Assembly: GCA_035270545.1 (NCBI GenBank)
Contig: DATFIA010000304.1
Coordinates: 1,945 to 65,944, forward strand
Source of the DNA: Treponemataceae bacterium
GTDB lineage: Bacteria > Spirochaetota > Spirochaetia > Treponematales > Treponemataceae
Length of the DNA stretch: 64,000 bases
Direction: 5' to 3'
Below are positions 29,741-39,818 of this stretch, in pieces (the first letter of the stretch is position 1; the number at the start of each line of letters is the position of its first letter). The position numbers and the translations under genes are program-made. The notes under the pieces are model-generated. The model was given only the letters and a program-made list of their open reading frames with translations. It ran no database searches and was not told the DNA's origin.

Positions 29741-30870
29741 ATCAAAAGATTGCATTCTTTTATCTCAACACTGGAGGTGGTCACGTTGGACCTGCAAAAT
29801 CTCTGGTAAAAGAAATAAACCGACTATATCCAACAGAGTGTGAAACTATCCTTCAACATGGTTTTAGTAAACGCATGAAATATTCTCGCTTTTTTTTTGA
29901 AGACGGATACCGGTTAACAACAAATTACTTCGAAGCAGGGTATATTCTTTTTTATCGCATTACCACTTTGCCTGTATCAAAATATTTCGGAAATTACTTA
30001 ATTTCAATACACGGGGAGAGAGATATAGCTCGTTTTATACGTGATGAAGGAATTACAAAGATAGTTTGCATGCATGAGGTTCTCATAATGATCCTCAGAA
30101 AAGTAATAGATACTGTAAATCCAAAAATTCCCCTCATTACCATAGTTACAGACCCTTTTACAGCACATAATTTATGGTTTTTTAAAAAAAATAATACGCT
30201 CATTGTATTTTCTGAAAAACTTAAAAAAGATGCTGTCGAAAAATATGGTTTTTCCCCAGAACGTGTACATGTTTTCCCTTTTATGCTTTCCCGTAATTTT
30301 GATCATATGTATACTGAATTAGAAAAAAAAGAAGTCATGCAAAGATTGGGTTTTCCAGAAAATAACAAAGTCTTACTAATTGCAGGTGGCGGGGAAGGCT
30401 TAAAAAATGCCGCTTCGCTCGTCTCTCGGTTTATTAAAGAAAAAAGAATAGAAACGCTTGTTATTGTATGTGGAAAAAATAAATCCTTACGAAAAAAAAT
30501 AGATCGTTTAGTTGAGAAATCAGGACAAAGTTCTATTTTTGTTTATGGTTTCGTGGATTTTATGCCAGATTTATTAAATATTTCAGATTGTGTTATCACA
30601 AAAGGTGGTGCTTCAACTGTAATGGAAGTTCTTGCCTGCAGAAAGCCTGTTATTTTTTCGACCTATATTCGAGGACAAGAATTAGGAAATGTACTGTATG
30701 CTATTCATAATGGAACCGGTTGGTTTATTAAAAAACCAGCTGATATAATAAATCAAGCTATGAAAGTTCTTGAAGACCAAAAATTACGAGTAAGCATACA
30801 AGAAAAGTGTGAAAAACTATCTTTAAGAAATGGTATCGAAGAAATAGCTCGTTTTATTTATAATTTTTAG
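29737..30870 (+). CDS. MGDG-synthase/GT28-family glycosyltransferase (UgtP-like glycolipid synthase)
   Basis: FYLNTGGGHVGPAKSL N-terminus and C-terminal ITKGGASTVMEVLACRKPVIF. Start overlaps the preceding stop. Confidence 0.8.
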   Translation: MNQKIAFFYLNTGGGHVGPAKSLVKEINRLYPTECETILQHGFSKRMKYSRFFFEDGYRLTTNYFEAGYILFYRITTLPVSKYFGNYLISIHGERDIARFIRDEGITKIVCMHEVLIMILRKVIDTVNPKIPLITIVTDPFTAHNLWFFKKNNTLIVFSEKLKKDAVEKYGFSPERVHVFPFMLSRNFDHMYTELEKKEVMQRLGFPENNKVLLIAGGGEGLKNAASLVSRFIKEKRIETLVIVCGKNKSLRKKIDRLVEKSGQSSIFVYGFVDFMPDLLNISDCVITKGGASTVMEVLACRKPVIFSTYIRGQELGNVLYAIHNGTGWFIKKPADIINQAMKVLEDQKLRVSIQEKCEKLSLRNGIEEIARFIYNF

Positions 30871-30916
30871 CATTTGTTGTGATTATTGGTAGCGGTTGGT
30901 ATTTAAATAAACCTAA

Positions 30917-30925
30917 TGCTATAAT
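30917..30925 (+). promoter_or_regulatory. Extended -10 element TGCTATAAT
   Basis: Same 9-mer as at 28447, about 50 nt upstream of ATG 30975. Confidence 0.4.
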
Positions 30926-30974
30926 ATTATAGATAAGTTAAGTCAAGTTTTATTCGTGTATATAAGGGTTCATA

Positions 30975-32735
30975 ATGTTAAAGCAAAAAAATGTATATGT
31001 CGTTCTTTTCATTTTTGTATCTGCATTTCTTTTTTCTCAGGTGGCAGCAGATCCATCTGATTTCTTTTACTCTGATTTGATTCGTTGGGAAGCAAAGTCT
31101 CTTGTTACTAATTTACCTGCTGTTCGCCCATATCCCCTTCAAATTGTAAAAAAAATACTTGAAACTGTCATAGAAAAAGGGGACAAAACTCAACAGGAAA
31201 TAGCGCAAAATCACTATGATCGTTTTTTTGGAAGAAGTCTTTCTGTTGGTGGTAAATCAGAAGCTGTAATTGATACAGAAAAATCTCGAAAGCAACTTAG
31301 TCTAGCTATTGCACTGGATGTTAATCATTTTATTGAAGAAAATTTAAGTATAAGTGGTTCTTTCGAAGGTTGGGCTGTTAATAAAATTCATTCACAAGAA
31401 ATATTGCCTGTTATGTATGTTTCAGAAAAAGATTTAATAGAAGATAATTCAAAGGTAGGCCCTTTTTATATATTACCTTCTATGAATACCTCTGTCTGCT
31501 ATGGCACGACAGAGTATTATTTTAATACCGGTCTTATGCGCGGTTCTTTTGGTCCTATACATGAAAATGGAGTTGTTCTTGGAACTCAGGCTTTTCATAC
31601 TGGACAGTTTACGTTTGTCGCTGATAAAGATATTTGGGGATTTACTTCATCTCTTTTTTCACTTGTGGCTACCTCGGCTCTTTCTAATTCTGGTGATCCT
31701 GATACACAGTTTTATGCAGGTAAATTTCTAGCCCTTCATTCTCTTAATTTCAAACCATTTCCATGGTTTGAAATTGGTCTTTTTGAATCTGTACTTTATG
31801 GAAACCGATTTGAACCATTATATTTAATTCCGTTTTCTGTCTTCTTTATTAGTCAAGCTCTTGTAGGTTATGAAGACAATAGTTGGCTTGGTGGTATGTT
31901 TACCGTCAAGCCTATTCCTGGATTAAAAATTGATGGAGTTCTTTATGCTGACGATATTAGTTTTAAAGATATTGTTACTTTTAAAAAAGAACAAAAATGG
32001 CGTATTGCGGGTCAACTTGCAACTTTGTATTCTCCGGTAAAATCGGGTTTGTTAAATCTTCTATCAATTGATTATACCATGGTAACTCCCTTTGCTTATT
32101 CACACAAAGAAGGCGAATACTATGATTTTTATGCTCCTAATCATTTGAATTATCTTCATGCAGGTACACCCATTGGAGCTTCTCTTGAGCCTAATTCAGA
32201 CCGTTTAAATCTCCAAGTTTCTGTAACTCCGTTAGAAAAACTTGATGTAACATTTATTGGAACACTTATTCGGCATGGAAATATAAATGAAAACCTTGAA
32301 CAAAAATGGATTCGCGAATACGTTTCTTCAACAATACCCTATGTTACAGACGGATCAATAAAAAATGCATCTGCTACAAAAGTAGGGCATGTATTTAATT
32401 ACTCAAGTCCCTTTCTTGCGCAAGATACGCTTCAGTATATTTTTCAGACCGGTTTTGATGTAAAATGCAGGCTTCCTGTATTAAAAACAGGCGGTTATAT
32501 GCTGTTTAAGCTTGGGTACCGGTTTGAATATAATGCGAATTCTGGAATTAATAATCAAATCTATAGTTATGATCCTATTCTTGCCCCAAATTTAACTGAT
32601 CCAAATAATCCGGTTTATGCTACTGATCCTCAAAAAGATGCATCAGCTGCATCTCAGTTAGAAGCATGGCGAAGTGCTGCAACAGGTGGCAAGGTGAACA
32701 ATTATATTTCTGCAGGTTTTGAGTATTTCTTCTAA
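30975..32735 (+). CDS. Outer-membrane beta-barrel protein, possibly Wzi-like
   Basis: Signal peptide (VVLFIFVSAFLFSQVAA), alternating beta-strand pattern and a C-terminal GFEYFF aromatic terminus. Confidence 0.6.
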   Translation: MLKQKNVYVVLFIFVSAFLFSQVAADPSDFFYSDLIRWEAKSLVTNLPAVRPYPLQIVKKILETVIEKGDKTQQEIAQNHYDRFFGRSLSVGGKSEAVIDTEKSRKQLSLAIALDVNHFIEENLSISGSFEGWAVNKIHSQEILPVMYVSEKDLIEDNSKVGPFYILPSMNTSVCYGTTEYYFNTGLMRGSFGPIHENGVVLGTQAFHTGQFTFVADKDIWGFTSSLFSLVATSALSNSGDPDTQFYAGKFLALHSLNFKPFPWFEIGLFESVLYGNRFEPLYLIPFSVFFISQALVGYEDNSWLGGMFTVKPIPGLKIDGVLYADDISFKDIVTFKKEQKWRIAGQLATLYSPVKSGLLNLLSIDYTMVTPFAYSHKEGEYYDFYAPNHLNYLHAGTPIGASLEPNSDRLNLQVSVTPLEKLDVTFIGTLIRHGNINENLEQKWIREYVSSTIPYVTDGSIKNASATKVGHVFNYSSPFLAQDTLQYIFQTGFDVKCRLPVLKTGGYMLFKLGYRFEYNANSGINNQIYSYDPILAPNLTDPNNPVYATDPQKDASAASQLEAWRSAATGGKVNNYISAGFEYFF

Positions 32736-32738
32736 AAA

Positions 32739-33947
32739 TTAGTTATTTTCGTTAGGATCTTCAACGGGGGAGCGTACCATTCCTCCGTATAAGACTTTAG
32801 GATAAATAATAATTCCCAGTTTTTTTTCTATGCGCGAAAGGCTGTGTAATTCTTTTTCATCGCCGAAAATTGCATTTATACCAGACTTACCAGCACGGGC
32901 GGTTCGGCCAGCTCTATGAATAAAAAAATCTTCATTTTCATTTACATCGAGTTGTATTATATGTGTAACATCGGGAATATCGAGTCCTCGAGCCGAAAGG
33001 TCGCTTGTTATGAGAATTTTTGTTCTTCCTGAGCGAAAGTCATCTATTGCTTTTTTTCTAGAAATCTTATCCATACCAGCATGAAGAGCTGAACAGGGTA
33101 TTTTACTAAATTGAATTTTTCTTGCTATATTGTCCACTTGTCCAGCTATTGCAGTAAATACTAGTGCTTTTTTAGGATCAGCAGCGATAATAAATTTTCG
33201 CAAAGTATCAATTTTATCTCGACCTTCAGAGTGAAAAGCCCAATGTAAAATATTACGTTTTAAAACATCTTCTGGTGGTAGGTGAACTAAAGCGAGCCTA
33301 TATTTATTTTCAGTAATAACGTCAGGGTCAATTTCTGCAGGTGGAACCATTTTTTCTAACAATGATGCATGATGATTACTCAAGGTAGCAGAACAAGCAA
33401 TAAATTGAGCAGTTGCCGGCATAACAGACAGTAAGTCTCGTATAATATCTCTCATCTCAGGCGATAGCATCCTGTCGCTTTCATCGAGAATAACCATGGT
33501 TATACCGGCTGTTTTAAGTTTCTTTAGACGTATTAGTTCAAGAATTCTCGCAGGTCCTCCAACTAGAATTGAGGGCTTTGCTTTTAATAATTCTATTTGC
33601 CTTTTTAAGGGCGCTCCCCCAATACAAAGAGCAGATGAAACGGGAAGGGCTGAATCTTTAGCAAGTATAACGGCTTCATTTTTAATCTGAGATGCTAGTT
33701 CATGAGTCGGAGCTATTATTAAAATTTTAGGTGTTTTTAAATCATTTGAAGCGAGGGCTTTCATAAAGCTAGGTATCAAATAACAAAATGTTTTTCCCGT
33801 CCCTGTCTCAGACTGGAATAAAATATTTTCTCCTGCAATTAAACGAGGAATTACTAATTCTTGAACAGGAGTTGGAATTGTAATATTACGTAGTGCCAAG
33901 GCTGAACAAATTTCAGAAGGAATGCCAAGAGTGTTAAAAGTCGTCAT
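32739..33947 (-). CDS. DEAD/DEAH-box RNA helicase
   Basis: Q-motif region, SETGTGKT, DESD (motif II variant), SAT and HRAGRTARAG. Confidence 0.9.
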   Translation of the reverse strand: MTTFNTLGIPSEICSALALRNITIPTPVQELVIPRLIAGENILFQSETGTGKTFCYLIPSFMKALASNDLKTPKILIIAPTHELASQIKNEAVILAKDSALPVSSALCIGGAPLKRQIELLKAKPSILVGGPARILELIRLKKLKTAGITMVILDESDRMLSPEMRDIIRDLLSVMPATAQFIACSATLSNHHASLLEKMVPPAEIDPDVITENKYRLALVHLPPEDVLKRNILHWAFHSEGRDKIDTLRKFIIAADPKKALVFTAIAGQVDNIARKIQFSKIPCSALHAGMDKISRKKAIDDFRSGRTKILITSDLSARGLDIPDVTHIIQLDVNENEDFFIHRAGRTARAGKSGINAIFGDEKELHSLSRIEKKLGIIIYPKVLYGGMVRSPVEDPNENN

Positions 33948-34022
33948 TTTATGAGGATAGCATAAAACAAAGAAAAGTGCTATTATTCTATAAATTTAGC
34001 CGTTCACTGGAGGATTTGAGTT

Positions 34023-35165
34023 TTGAGAATTGGAATTGATGCTTTTGGTTGCGATCATGGACGCTCTGGAACTGGTTCATATTTGCTCTCCTTAGTTCGT
34101 AATTTTGGTAATACTGGTCATACAATAGATTTATTTGGCCCTGAACTTGATCGATATACCTACACCTCAGGACTTGATACAGTAACTTATACTGGAATAC
34201 AAATTGCAGATACTGCTTTTGCAGAACGAAAATGGCATTTAACATCTTTTCCGTCTTTTGTTCGAAAACAAAAATACGATGTTGTTCTTTTTCCTTCTGG
34301 TGTTCATTTACTCCCTTTAAAATTCGAAGTACCTTCTTTTGTGGTTGTTCAAGATATTCTTTCAGATGTATATAAAAATTCCGATGACGGTTTATTCTCA
34401 GGTTTTTTTCGTATGCAAATAAAAAAAGCGACACGTATTATCGCAGCTAGTAGATGCATACGAGATGATCTCCTTAATACAGGTTTTCCTGAATCTAGAA
34501 TTTCTGTAATACATAATGGAATTGACACCAATCTATTTTTTCCCCGTCCTGTAATAGGAACAGAAGCCGTTTTAATTCACCCTTTTTCAATACGTAGACC
34601 TTATATCATTTATGCAAGCAGAGTTGCATATCCTTCTAAATTTCATGTTGAATTAATTCAAGCTTTTGCTTTGTTTAAAGAGAAAACAGGAGCTCCTCAT
34701 AGATTAGTACTCGCTGGAGCAGATGGAATTAACGCTGAAGTGGTACATAGAGAGGTTCTTAATTCTTCCTTTTCATCTGATATATTGCTTACTGGTTATT
34801 TCCCACACAATAGTTTACCTGAGCTTTATTCAGCCTCAGATGCTTGTATCTTTCCTTCTGGTGTTGAAGGAGTCGGCTTACCGGTTCTCGAAGCGATGGC
34901 ATGCGGGGTTCCTGTTGCCTGTGCTAGGGCAGGGGCCTTACCCGAAATTGCTGGTGACTGCGCTCTTTATTTTGATCAAAATAATCCTGAAGAAATTGCA
35001 GATGCAATAGGGAATATTGTTCGTTTGCCAAATAATAGCAATGAGTCATTCAGAAATGATTTGATTGAACGAGGACTAACTTGGGTTTCTTCTTTTACAT
35101 GGGATAAAAGTGCAAGCGAAACTATCGCTTGTATTGAAACTAACTTAAATAAAAAACCGGAATAA
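34023..35165 (+). CDS. GT4-family glycosyltransferase
   Basis: EGVGLPVLEAMACGVPV. TTG start with GGAGGA upstream. Confidence 0.85.
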   Translation: MRIGIDAFGCDHGRSGTGSYLLSLVRNFGNTGHTIDLFGPELDRYTYTSGLDTVTYTGIQIADTAFAERKWHLTSFPSFVRKQKYDVVLFPSGVHLLPLKFEVPSFVVVQDILSDVYKNSDDGLFSGFFRMQIKKATRIIAASRCIRDDLLNTGFPESRISVIHNGIDTNLFFPRPVIGTEAVLIHPFSIRRPYIIYASRVAYPSKFHVELIQAFALFKEKTGAPHRLVLAGADGINAEVVHREVLNSSFSSDILLTGYFPHNSLPELYSASDACIFPSGVEGVGLPVLEAMACGVPVACARAGALPEIAGDCALYFDQNNPEEIADAIGNIVRLPNNSNESFRNDLIERGLTWVSSFTWDKSASETIACIETNLNKKPE

Positions 35166-35181
35166 AATATTCCGGTTTTTT
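35151..35181. terminator. Bidirectional rho-independent terminator
   Basis: A6-CCGGAATA-AAA-TATTCCGG-T6 between convergent genes. Confidence 0.85.
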
Positions 35182-35195
35182 CTATTAGCTAATAT

Positions 35196-36440
35196 TTAAG
35201 CACTTATTTGCGATAAAAGCTGTATTTCTGGTTTTTCCATTTTTTCTACAACTTTACGTGTAATTACTACTTTTTTATCACCTTCTATTGAAGGTATATC
35301 AAACATTATTTCCATCATAATCTTTTCAACAATCGCTCTAAGACCTCGAGCTCCTGTATTTTGTTTGATGGCAAGATCTGCAATTGCTTCAATTGCATCT
35401 TCTTCAAATGATAATTCAACTTTATCAATTTGCATAGAAGCATGAAATTGTTTAACAATTGAATTTTTAGGTTCTGTAAGAATTCGTTTAAGATCTTCTT
35501 TTGTTAGTTCATCGAGAGATACATTTATAGGTAATCTACCAATAAATTCTGGAATCATCCCGAATTTAATGAGATCATCTGGTCCGAGTTGATCATAAAT
35601 TTCATGGAGATTGCGATCAGTAATTGATTTAATATCTGAACCGAACCCCATAGGTTGCTGGGCTACTCTGGCTTCAATCATTTTATCTAAGCCAACAAAT
35701 GCACCACCACATATAAAAAGAATATTTGTAGTATCAATTTTTAGCATTTCCTGATTAGGATGTTTTCTTCCACCTTGTGGCGGAACAGCAGCAACAGTTC
35801 CTTCAATTATTTTAAGTAAGGCTTGTTGAACTCCTTCACCAGAGACATCTCGAGTAATAGAAACATTTTCACCTTTTCGAGATATTTTATCTATTTCATC
35901 AATATAAATAATTCCACGTTCAGCGGCAGCTACATTTCCATCTGCATTTTGTATTAGCTTAAGAAGTATGTTTTCTACGTCTTCTCCAACATATCCCGCT
36001 TCTGTAAGTGTAGTAGCATCTGCAATAGCAAATGGAACCTTCATTTTATGTGCAATTGTTCGAGCAAGCAGTGTTTTACCAGAACCCGTTGGTCCAATCA
36101 TGAGTACATTTGATTTTTCAATAATAACATCATCTGGAGACTTAATTGGATTAGCAATTCTTTTATAATGATTATAAATTGCAACTGCAAGAGTTTTTTT
36201 TGCTTGTTCTTGTCCAATTATAAACTGGTCGAGATAGGCTTTCATTTCTTTGGGAGTAGGAATATCACCAGTAAATTCAGTTGAAAGCTGTTGATTTTCT
36301 TCGTCGAGAATTCCCTTACAAACATCTATACAATGATCACAGATAAATACACCTGGACCTGCAATTATCTTTCGTGAATTATCAGCTGTCTTGCCGCAAA
36401 AGGAACACACTTGTTCCTTTTCATTTTTGAACAATGCCAT
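35196..36440 (-). CDS. clpX: ATP-dependent Clp protease ATP-binding subunit ClpX
   Basis: Zinc finger CSFCGK..CDHC, Walker A GPTGSGKT and Walker [10 protein letters not shown]. Confidence 0.96.
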   Translation of the reverse strand: MALFKNEKEQVCSFCGKTADNSRKIIAGPGVFICDHCIDVCKGILDEENQQLSTEFTGDIPTPKEMKAYLDQFIIGQEQAKKTLAVAIYNHYKRIANPIKSPDDVIIEKSNVLMIGPTGSGKTLLARTIAHKMKVPFAIADATTLTEAGYVGEDVENILLKLIQNADGNVAAAERGIIYIDEIDKISRKGENVSITRDVSGEGVQQALLKIIEGTVAAVPPQGGRKHPNQEMLKIDTTNILFICGGAFVGLDKMIEARVAQQPMGFGSDIKSITDRNLHEIYDQLGPDDLIKFGMIPEFIGRLPINVSLDELTKEDLKRILTEPKNSIVKQFHASMQIDKVELSFEEDAIEAIADLAIKQNTGARGLRAIVEKIMMEIMFDIPSIEGDKKVVITRKVVEKMEKPEIQLLSQISA

Positions 36441-37038
36441 TCTTCCTCCGTGTTAACACTTGGTCAACTATTCCGTATTCTACTGCTTCAGTTGCCGACA
36501 TAAAAAAGTCGCGTTCCATGTCTAAAGCAATTTCTTCCGGCTTTTTTCCGGTGTGATATGCAAAATATTCAATAGTAAGCTTTTTAAGCCGTACTATTTC
36601 TCGAGCTTGTATTCCAATATCCACTGCCTGACCCTGCACACCGCCCCAGGGCTGATGAATGAGTACTCGAGAAGAAGGAAGTGCATTTCGTTTACCAGCG
36701 CTCCCTCCTGCAAGTAAAATAGCAGCCATGCTAGCGGCTTGACCTAAGCAAAAGGTTTGAATCTCAGATCTTATTTGCTGCATGGTATCGTAAATAGCCA
36801 AGCCAGCAGTAACAGATCCGCCAGGAGAATTAATATATAAATTAATATCTTTATCTGGATTTTGTGAATCCAAAAATAATAATTGAGCAACTACAAGATC
36901 TGCGTTTGCATCAGTAATTTCTCCGTCAATAAAAACAATTCTATCTTTAAGAAGACGGGAAAAAATATCATAGGAGCGCTCACCATTGCCTGTTTGTTCA
37001 ATAACATAAGGCACCAAATTCATCATCTTTTCTTTCAT
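36421..37038 (-). CDS. clpP: ATP-dependent Clp protease proteolytic subunit
   Basis: [22 protein letters not shown] and active-site GQAASMAA. Homolog-like start may be MNLVP at 37023. Confidence 0.95.
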   Translation of the reverse strand: MKEKMMNLVPYVIEQTGNGERSYDIFSRLLKDRIVFIDGEITDANADLVVAQLLFLDSQNPDKDINLYINSPGGSVTAGLAIYDTMQQIRSEIQTFCLGQAASMAAILLAGGSAGKRNALPSSRVLIHQPWGGVQGQAVDIGIQAREIVRLKKLTIEYFAYHTGKKPEEIALDMERDFFMSATEAVEYGIVDQVLTRRKNGIVQK

Positions 37039-37040
37039 GT

Positions 37041-38402
37041 TTACTGCTCGTCTTTAAAGAGTTCTGCAAAGGCAGTTTTAGCGCCCTTGGTTAGAGTGCA
37101 TTTCTCAAGAATCTCGGCATACAAGCGTTGTTCCTTGATGTCATCTATAAGATACTCTTTACGTCTAGGGTCCGCATAGTGTTTTTTTACTTCATCTATT
37201 GAAATGCCCGCATTTCCAGCCATTTTAGCGAATTCTGCTTCAACATCTTCGGGAGTTACTGTTATTTCTCTGTCTTTAAGAAGAAGTTCAACAATTACTC
37301 TGCTTTTAAGAAGTTTTTCTGCTTCAGGTTTCCAAGAATTAAGCATATCTGCCTTGCTCTGACCTGATGCTGAAATAAGTTTTTCTAGTTGAGCTACGTC
37401 TGTTTGAAATCTTTGAGCAAGCATTTGCCATCTCGATTCAAGTTCTGCACCGATCATAGATTCAGGAAGGTCAAAAGGATTAGCTTCTACCATTTTTTCA
37501 AGAAGAGCTTGGCTTTTTATTTCCTTAAGTTTATTTTCAACTGCCGTATCCATATTTTTTTTAATATCAGCTTTTAAATCTTCAAGGGTTTTATATTTTT
37601 CACTTACATCTTGTGCAAGTTCATCATCAAGATCTGGAAGACTTCTTGCTTTTAATTGTGTAAGAGTTACGCGAAGCTTCTTTGTTGTGCCGGCAATATC
37701 TTTATCTGAAAAATCTTCAGGAAATTTTTTGGTAAAGTCTTTAGAATCGCCTTTTTTCATACCAATAATTTCATTGTCGAACTTGAATATATTATACTCA
37801 GTTCCAATGGTAAATACGAAATCTTGACGTTCGCTTCCTTCTATAACATTATTTTTTTCGTCAAGTTCACTATAATTTACTGTTGCAATATTGTCTTTCT
37901 TCGCTTTGTCACCATCGTTGCAGTCTACAACAATTGCATTGCGCTCTCTTATTGCTTCAAGTTCTTCTTTTAATTCTTTATCTCCAACAGAGACTTGTGG
38001 AATTTCTATTTTGAAGCTATCAGTTTTAGTTAATTTAACTTCAGGAAAAACATCGTAGGTTACTGTAAAGGAAAGATCCTTTGAGAGGTCAAAATCTGGA
38101 GCCTTGTCCAAACTTGGTTGTGAGTAGGGAAGAGGTCTTTCATACTCAGAAGCAGCTTCAAATATTTCGCCCAATGCTTTTTCCATGATATCGCCCGACA
38201 CGTCACCTTTTAGGGCTTCTCCGTATTTGGTTTCTAAAATAGATAAAGGGACTTTACCTTTTCTAAATCCAGGAATTTGAATAGTTTTGGCATATTTTTT
38301 TAGAAGTTCTTGATAGCTTGATGCTAATTCTTCTTTATCAATGGTGACATTGAGCTGAACGCGTGATTTTTCAAGCTTAGTAAACTGCTTGTTTAGTTTC
38401 AT
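37041..38402 (-). CDS. tig: Trigger factor
   Basis: Ribosome-binding motif PGFRKGKVP, a central PPIase-like domain, and the tig-clpP-clpX order. Confidence 0.92.
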   Translation of the reverse strand: MKLNKQFTKLEKSRVQLNVTIDKEELASSYQELLKKYAKTIQIPGFRKGKVPLSILETKYGEALKGDVSGDIMEKALGEIFEAASEYERPLPYSQPSLDKAPDFDLSKDLSFTVTYDVFPEVKLTKTDSFKIEIPQVSVGDKELKEELEAIRERNAIVVDCNDGDKAKKDNIATVNYSELDEKNNVIEGSERQDFVFTIGTEYNIFKFDNEIIGMKKGDSKDFTKKFPEDFSDKDIAGTTKKLRVTLTQLKARSLPDLDDELAQDVSEKYKTLEDLKADIKKNMDTAVENKLKEIKSQALLEKMVEANPFDLPESMIGAELESRWQMLAQRFQTDVAQLEKLISASGQSKADMLNSWKPEAEKLLKSRVIVELLLKDREITVTPEDVEAEFAKMAGNAGISIDEVKKHYADPRRKEYLIDDIKEQRLYAEILEKCTLTKGAKTAFAELFKDEQ

Positions 38403-38462
38403 GATGGTATCCTCTTGAATAAGTAAAATTTAGACCGATTAAACGGTTGTTTAAGACAAAAT

Positions 38463-38496
38463 AAAAAAAAAGCGATTCGGATTTTACCGAATCGCT
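38463..38496 (-). terminator. Rho-independent terminator after the tRNA-Leu/tRNA-Gly unit
   Basis: 10-bp stem AGCGATTCGG/CCGAATCGCT. The plus-strand A8 run gives a U-run on the minus strand. Confidence 0.85.
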
Positions 38497-38507
38497 TTCC
38501 GAGTTAG

Positions 38508-38579
38508 AGCGGGAAACGGGAGTCGGACCCGCGACATCCACCTTGGCAAGGTGGCGCTCTACCACTGAGCTATTCCCGC
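38508..38579 (-). tRNA. tRNA-Gly (GCC)
   Basis: GCGGGAATAGCTCAGTGGTAGAGCGCCACCTTGCCAAGGTGG... folds as a cloverleaf by eye. No encoded CCA. Confidence 0.92.
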
Positions 38580-38619
38580 AAAATCAATTTTTATAGTCCG
38601 CTTTTGCAGCGTGGAATCG

Positions 38620-38699
38620 TGCGAGAGGAGGGACTTGAACCCTCACGCGTAAGCACTAGATCCTAAGTCTAGCGTGTCTGCCAATTCCACCACTCTCGC
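38620..38699 (-). tRNA. tRNA-Leu (TAG)
   Basis: GCGAGAGTGGTGGAATTGGCAGACACGCTAGACTTAGGATCTAG... with a long variable arm. Confidence 0.9.
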
Positions 38700-38736
38700 T
38701 TAATGCAACCCGTGATTAAGCACGGAGCGTCTATGC

Positions 38737-38765
38737 AGTTTACTGAACTAGCTAATGTGTGTCAA
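38737..38765 (-). promoter_or_regulatory. Sigma70-type promoter TTGACA - 17 nt - TAAACT for tRNA-Leu/Gly
   Basis: -35 at 38760-38765 and -10 at 38737-38742 (minus-strand sense). Confidence 0.5.
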
Positions 38766-38785
38766 GCACTCATTATAAGTTCATC

Positions 38786-38858
38786 TGAGCCATGAAGGAG
38801 TCGAACCTTCGACCCACAGATTAAGAGTCTGTTGCTCTACCAGCTGAGCTAATGGCCC
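38786..38858 (-). tRNA. tRNA-Lys (CTT)
   Basis: GGGCCATTAGCTCAGCTGGTAGAGCAACAGACTCTTAATCTGT... Confidence 0.9.
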
Positions 38859-38914
38859 GATTTAAAAAAAACTAATGTAAAAAATCACAACAATTTTATT
38901 TTCAATAGTTACCT

Positions 38915-38943
38915 GTTATACAGTAAACTTTTTTTTTTGTCAA
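38915..38943 (-). promoter_or_regulatory. Sigma70-type promoter TTGACA - 17 nt - TATAAC for tRNA-Lys
   Basis: -35 at 38938-38943 and -10 at 38915-38920 (minus-strand sense). Confidence 0.5.
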
Positions 38944-39017
38944 TCAGTAAGATATTTGCTTTTTGACAGACTCAATTAAAGTATTTAAACAATATATAAA
39001 AAATTTGTATTCTTGTC

Positions 39018-39073
39018 AATAATTCAGAGCTGTTACTTTTTAAGAGAGGCAGCTCTGAATTATTCATTTTTTT
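39018..39073. terminator. 15-bp perfect hairpin (AATAATTCAGAGCTG / CAGCTCTGAATTATT) with T7 on the plus side
   Basis: Arms 39018-39032 and 39050-39064, T-run 39067-39073. Lies just downstream of the minus-strand small membrane protein gene. Confidence 0.6.
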
Positions 39074-39084
39074 AAGATCTAATA

Positions 39085-39345
39085 CTAATTATTTTCTTCA
39101 TCAGATTTTTTTTCTTGTATCTCATTTAAGTATGCAAATGTTCCTGATGCCATACCTGCAATAACAATAACAAGAAGCAAAAACCACCATTTAAGGGAAA
39201 GAAATGTAATTACCGCATATACGATTGCAAATACAATTCCAATCATGCATGTAAAGAAAAGCCAAAATATCCAGATTGGTTTTCCAGAAAGAAATCCTTT
39301 TACTTTTTCTTGTGCCTTACCTTTTACTTCATTAATTTTAGACAT
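39085..39345 (-). CDS. Small membrane protein (86 aa, two TM helices)
   Basis: ATG 39345 preceded by GGAGG (39351-39355). Two hydrophobic helices and an acidic tail. Confidence 0.65.
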   Translation of the reverse strand: MSKINEVKGKAQEKVKGFLSGKPIWIFWLFFTCMIGIVFAIVYAVITFLSLKWWFLLLVIVIAGMASGTFAYLNEIQEKKSDEENN

Positions 39346-39511
39346 ATAAACCTCCATCTTTAATTGTAAGTATAAGGTATTGCGATTATAAATTCAGTTT
39401 TTAATAAGTAACATTCTTAGCTTTCATTCGTCATAATGATTTCTCTTGAGGGGGCTCCGAAGAAGGACTTTCTCCCTTCTTTAATTAGTCTGCCTCAGTT
39501 TTTTTCTTTAC

Positions 39512-39564
39512 AAAAAAAGCATATACAGAGCACATTTTGTGACAAATGCTGACCCTGTATATGC
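39512..39564 (-). terminator. Rho-independent terminator after the tRNA-His/tRNA-Arg unit
   Basis: Stem GCATATACAG/CTGTATATGC with an inner stem, followed by a U7 run on the minus strand. Confidence 0.85.
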
Positions 39565-39588
39565 TTTTCTTTATAAGAAACATCTGTA

Positions 39589-39662
39589 TGCGTCCGGCAG
39601 GGTTCGAACCTGCGACCTATGGATTCGAAGTCCAGTACTCTATCCAGCTGAGCTACGAACGC
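39589..39662 (-). tRNA. tRNA-Arg (TCG)
   Basis: GCGTTCGTAGCTCAGCTGGATAGAGTACTGGACTTCGAATCCATAGGTCGCAGGTTCGAACCCTGCCGGACGCA. Confidence 0.9.
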
Positions 39663-39676
39663 AGTTTAAAAAAAAG

Positions 39677-39749
39677 GGTGGGTGATGGGTTTCGAACCCA
39701 CGACAACTAGATCCACATTCTAGTGCTCTACCCCTGAACTACACCCACC
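39677..39749 (-). tRNA. tRNA-His (GTG) with encoded G-1
   Basis: G-GTGGGTGTAGTTCAGGGGTAGAGCACTAGAATGTGGATCTAG...CACCCACC. Confidence 0.9.
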
Positions 39750-39766
39750 ATGAACTAACGAATGCA

Positions 39767-39795
39767 ATAATGCCAGATGATATTGATAATGTCAA
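39767..39795 (-). promoter_or_regulatory. Sigma70-type promoter TTGACA - 17 nt - CATTAT for tRNA-His/Arg
   Basis: -35 at 39790-39795 and -10 at 39767-39772 (minus-strand sense). Confidence 0.45.
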
Positions 39796-39818
39796 TAACT
39801 CCTTTTTATATTTTTCTG

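Noticed and set aside
33988-34434. 148-aa minus-strand ORF in the track, plus similar shadow ORFs at 11065-11836, 23993-24310, 45717-46022, 49350-49874 and 28400-28606.
   Set aside because: Each lies antisense to, or inside, a gene with strong family motifs. They have low-complexity or odd composition, no SD and no recognisable domain, so I treat them as frame-shadow ORFs.
38963-38991. Plus-strand TTGACA-17-TAAACA that could drive a ~75-nt sRNA ending at the 39018-39073 hairpin.
   Set aside because: The -10 lacks the invariant final T and is a weak match. The TTGACA may be coincidental in AT-rich DNA. This is not enough to call an ncRNA gene.
39436-39552. 38-codon plus-strand ORF (MISLEGAPKKDFLPSLISLPQFF...) in the tRNA-Arg / small membrane protein intergenic region.
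   Set aside because: It has no SD, runs through the minus-strand tRNA operon terminator, and has the composition of translated AT-rich spacer.
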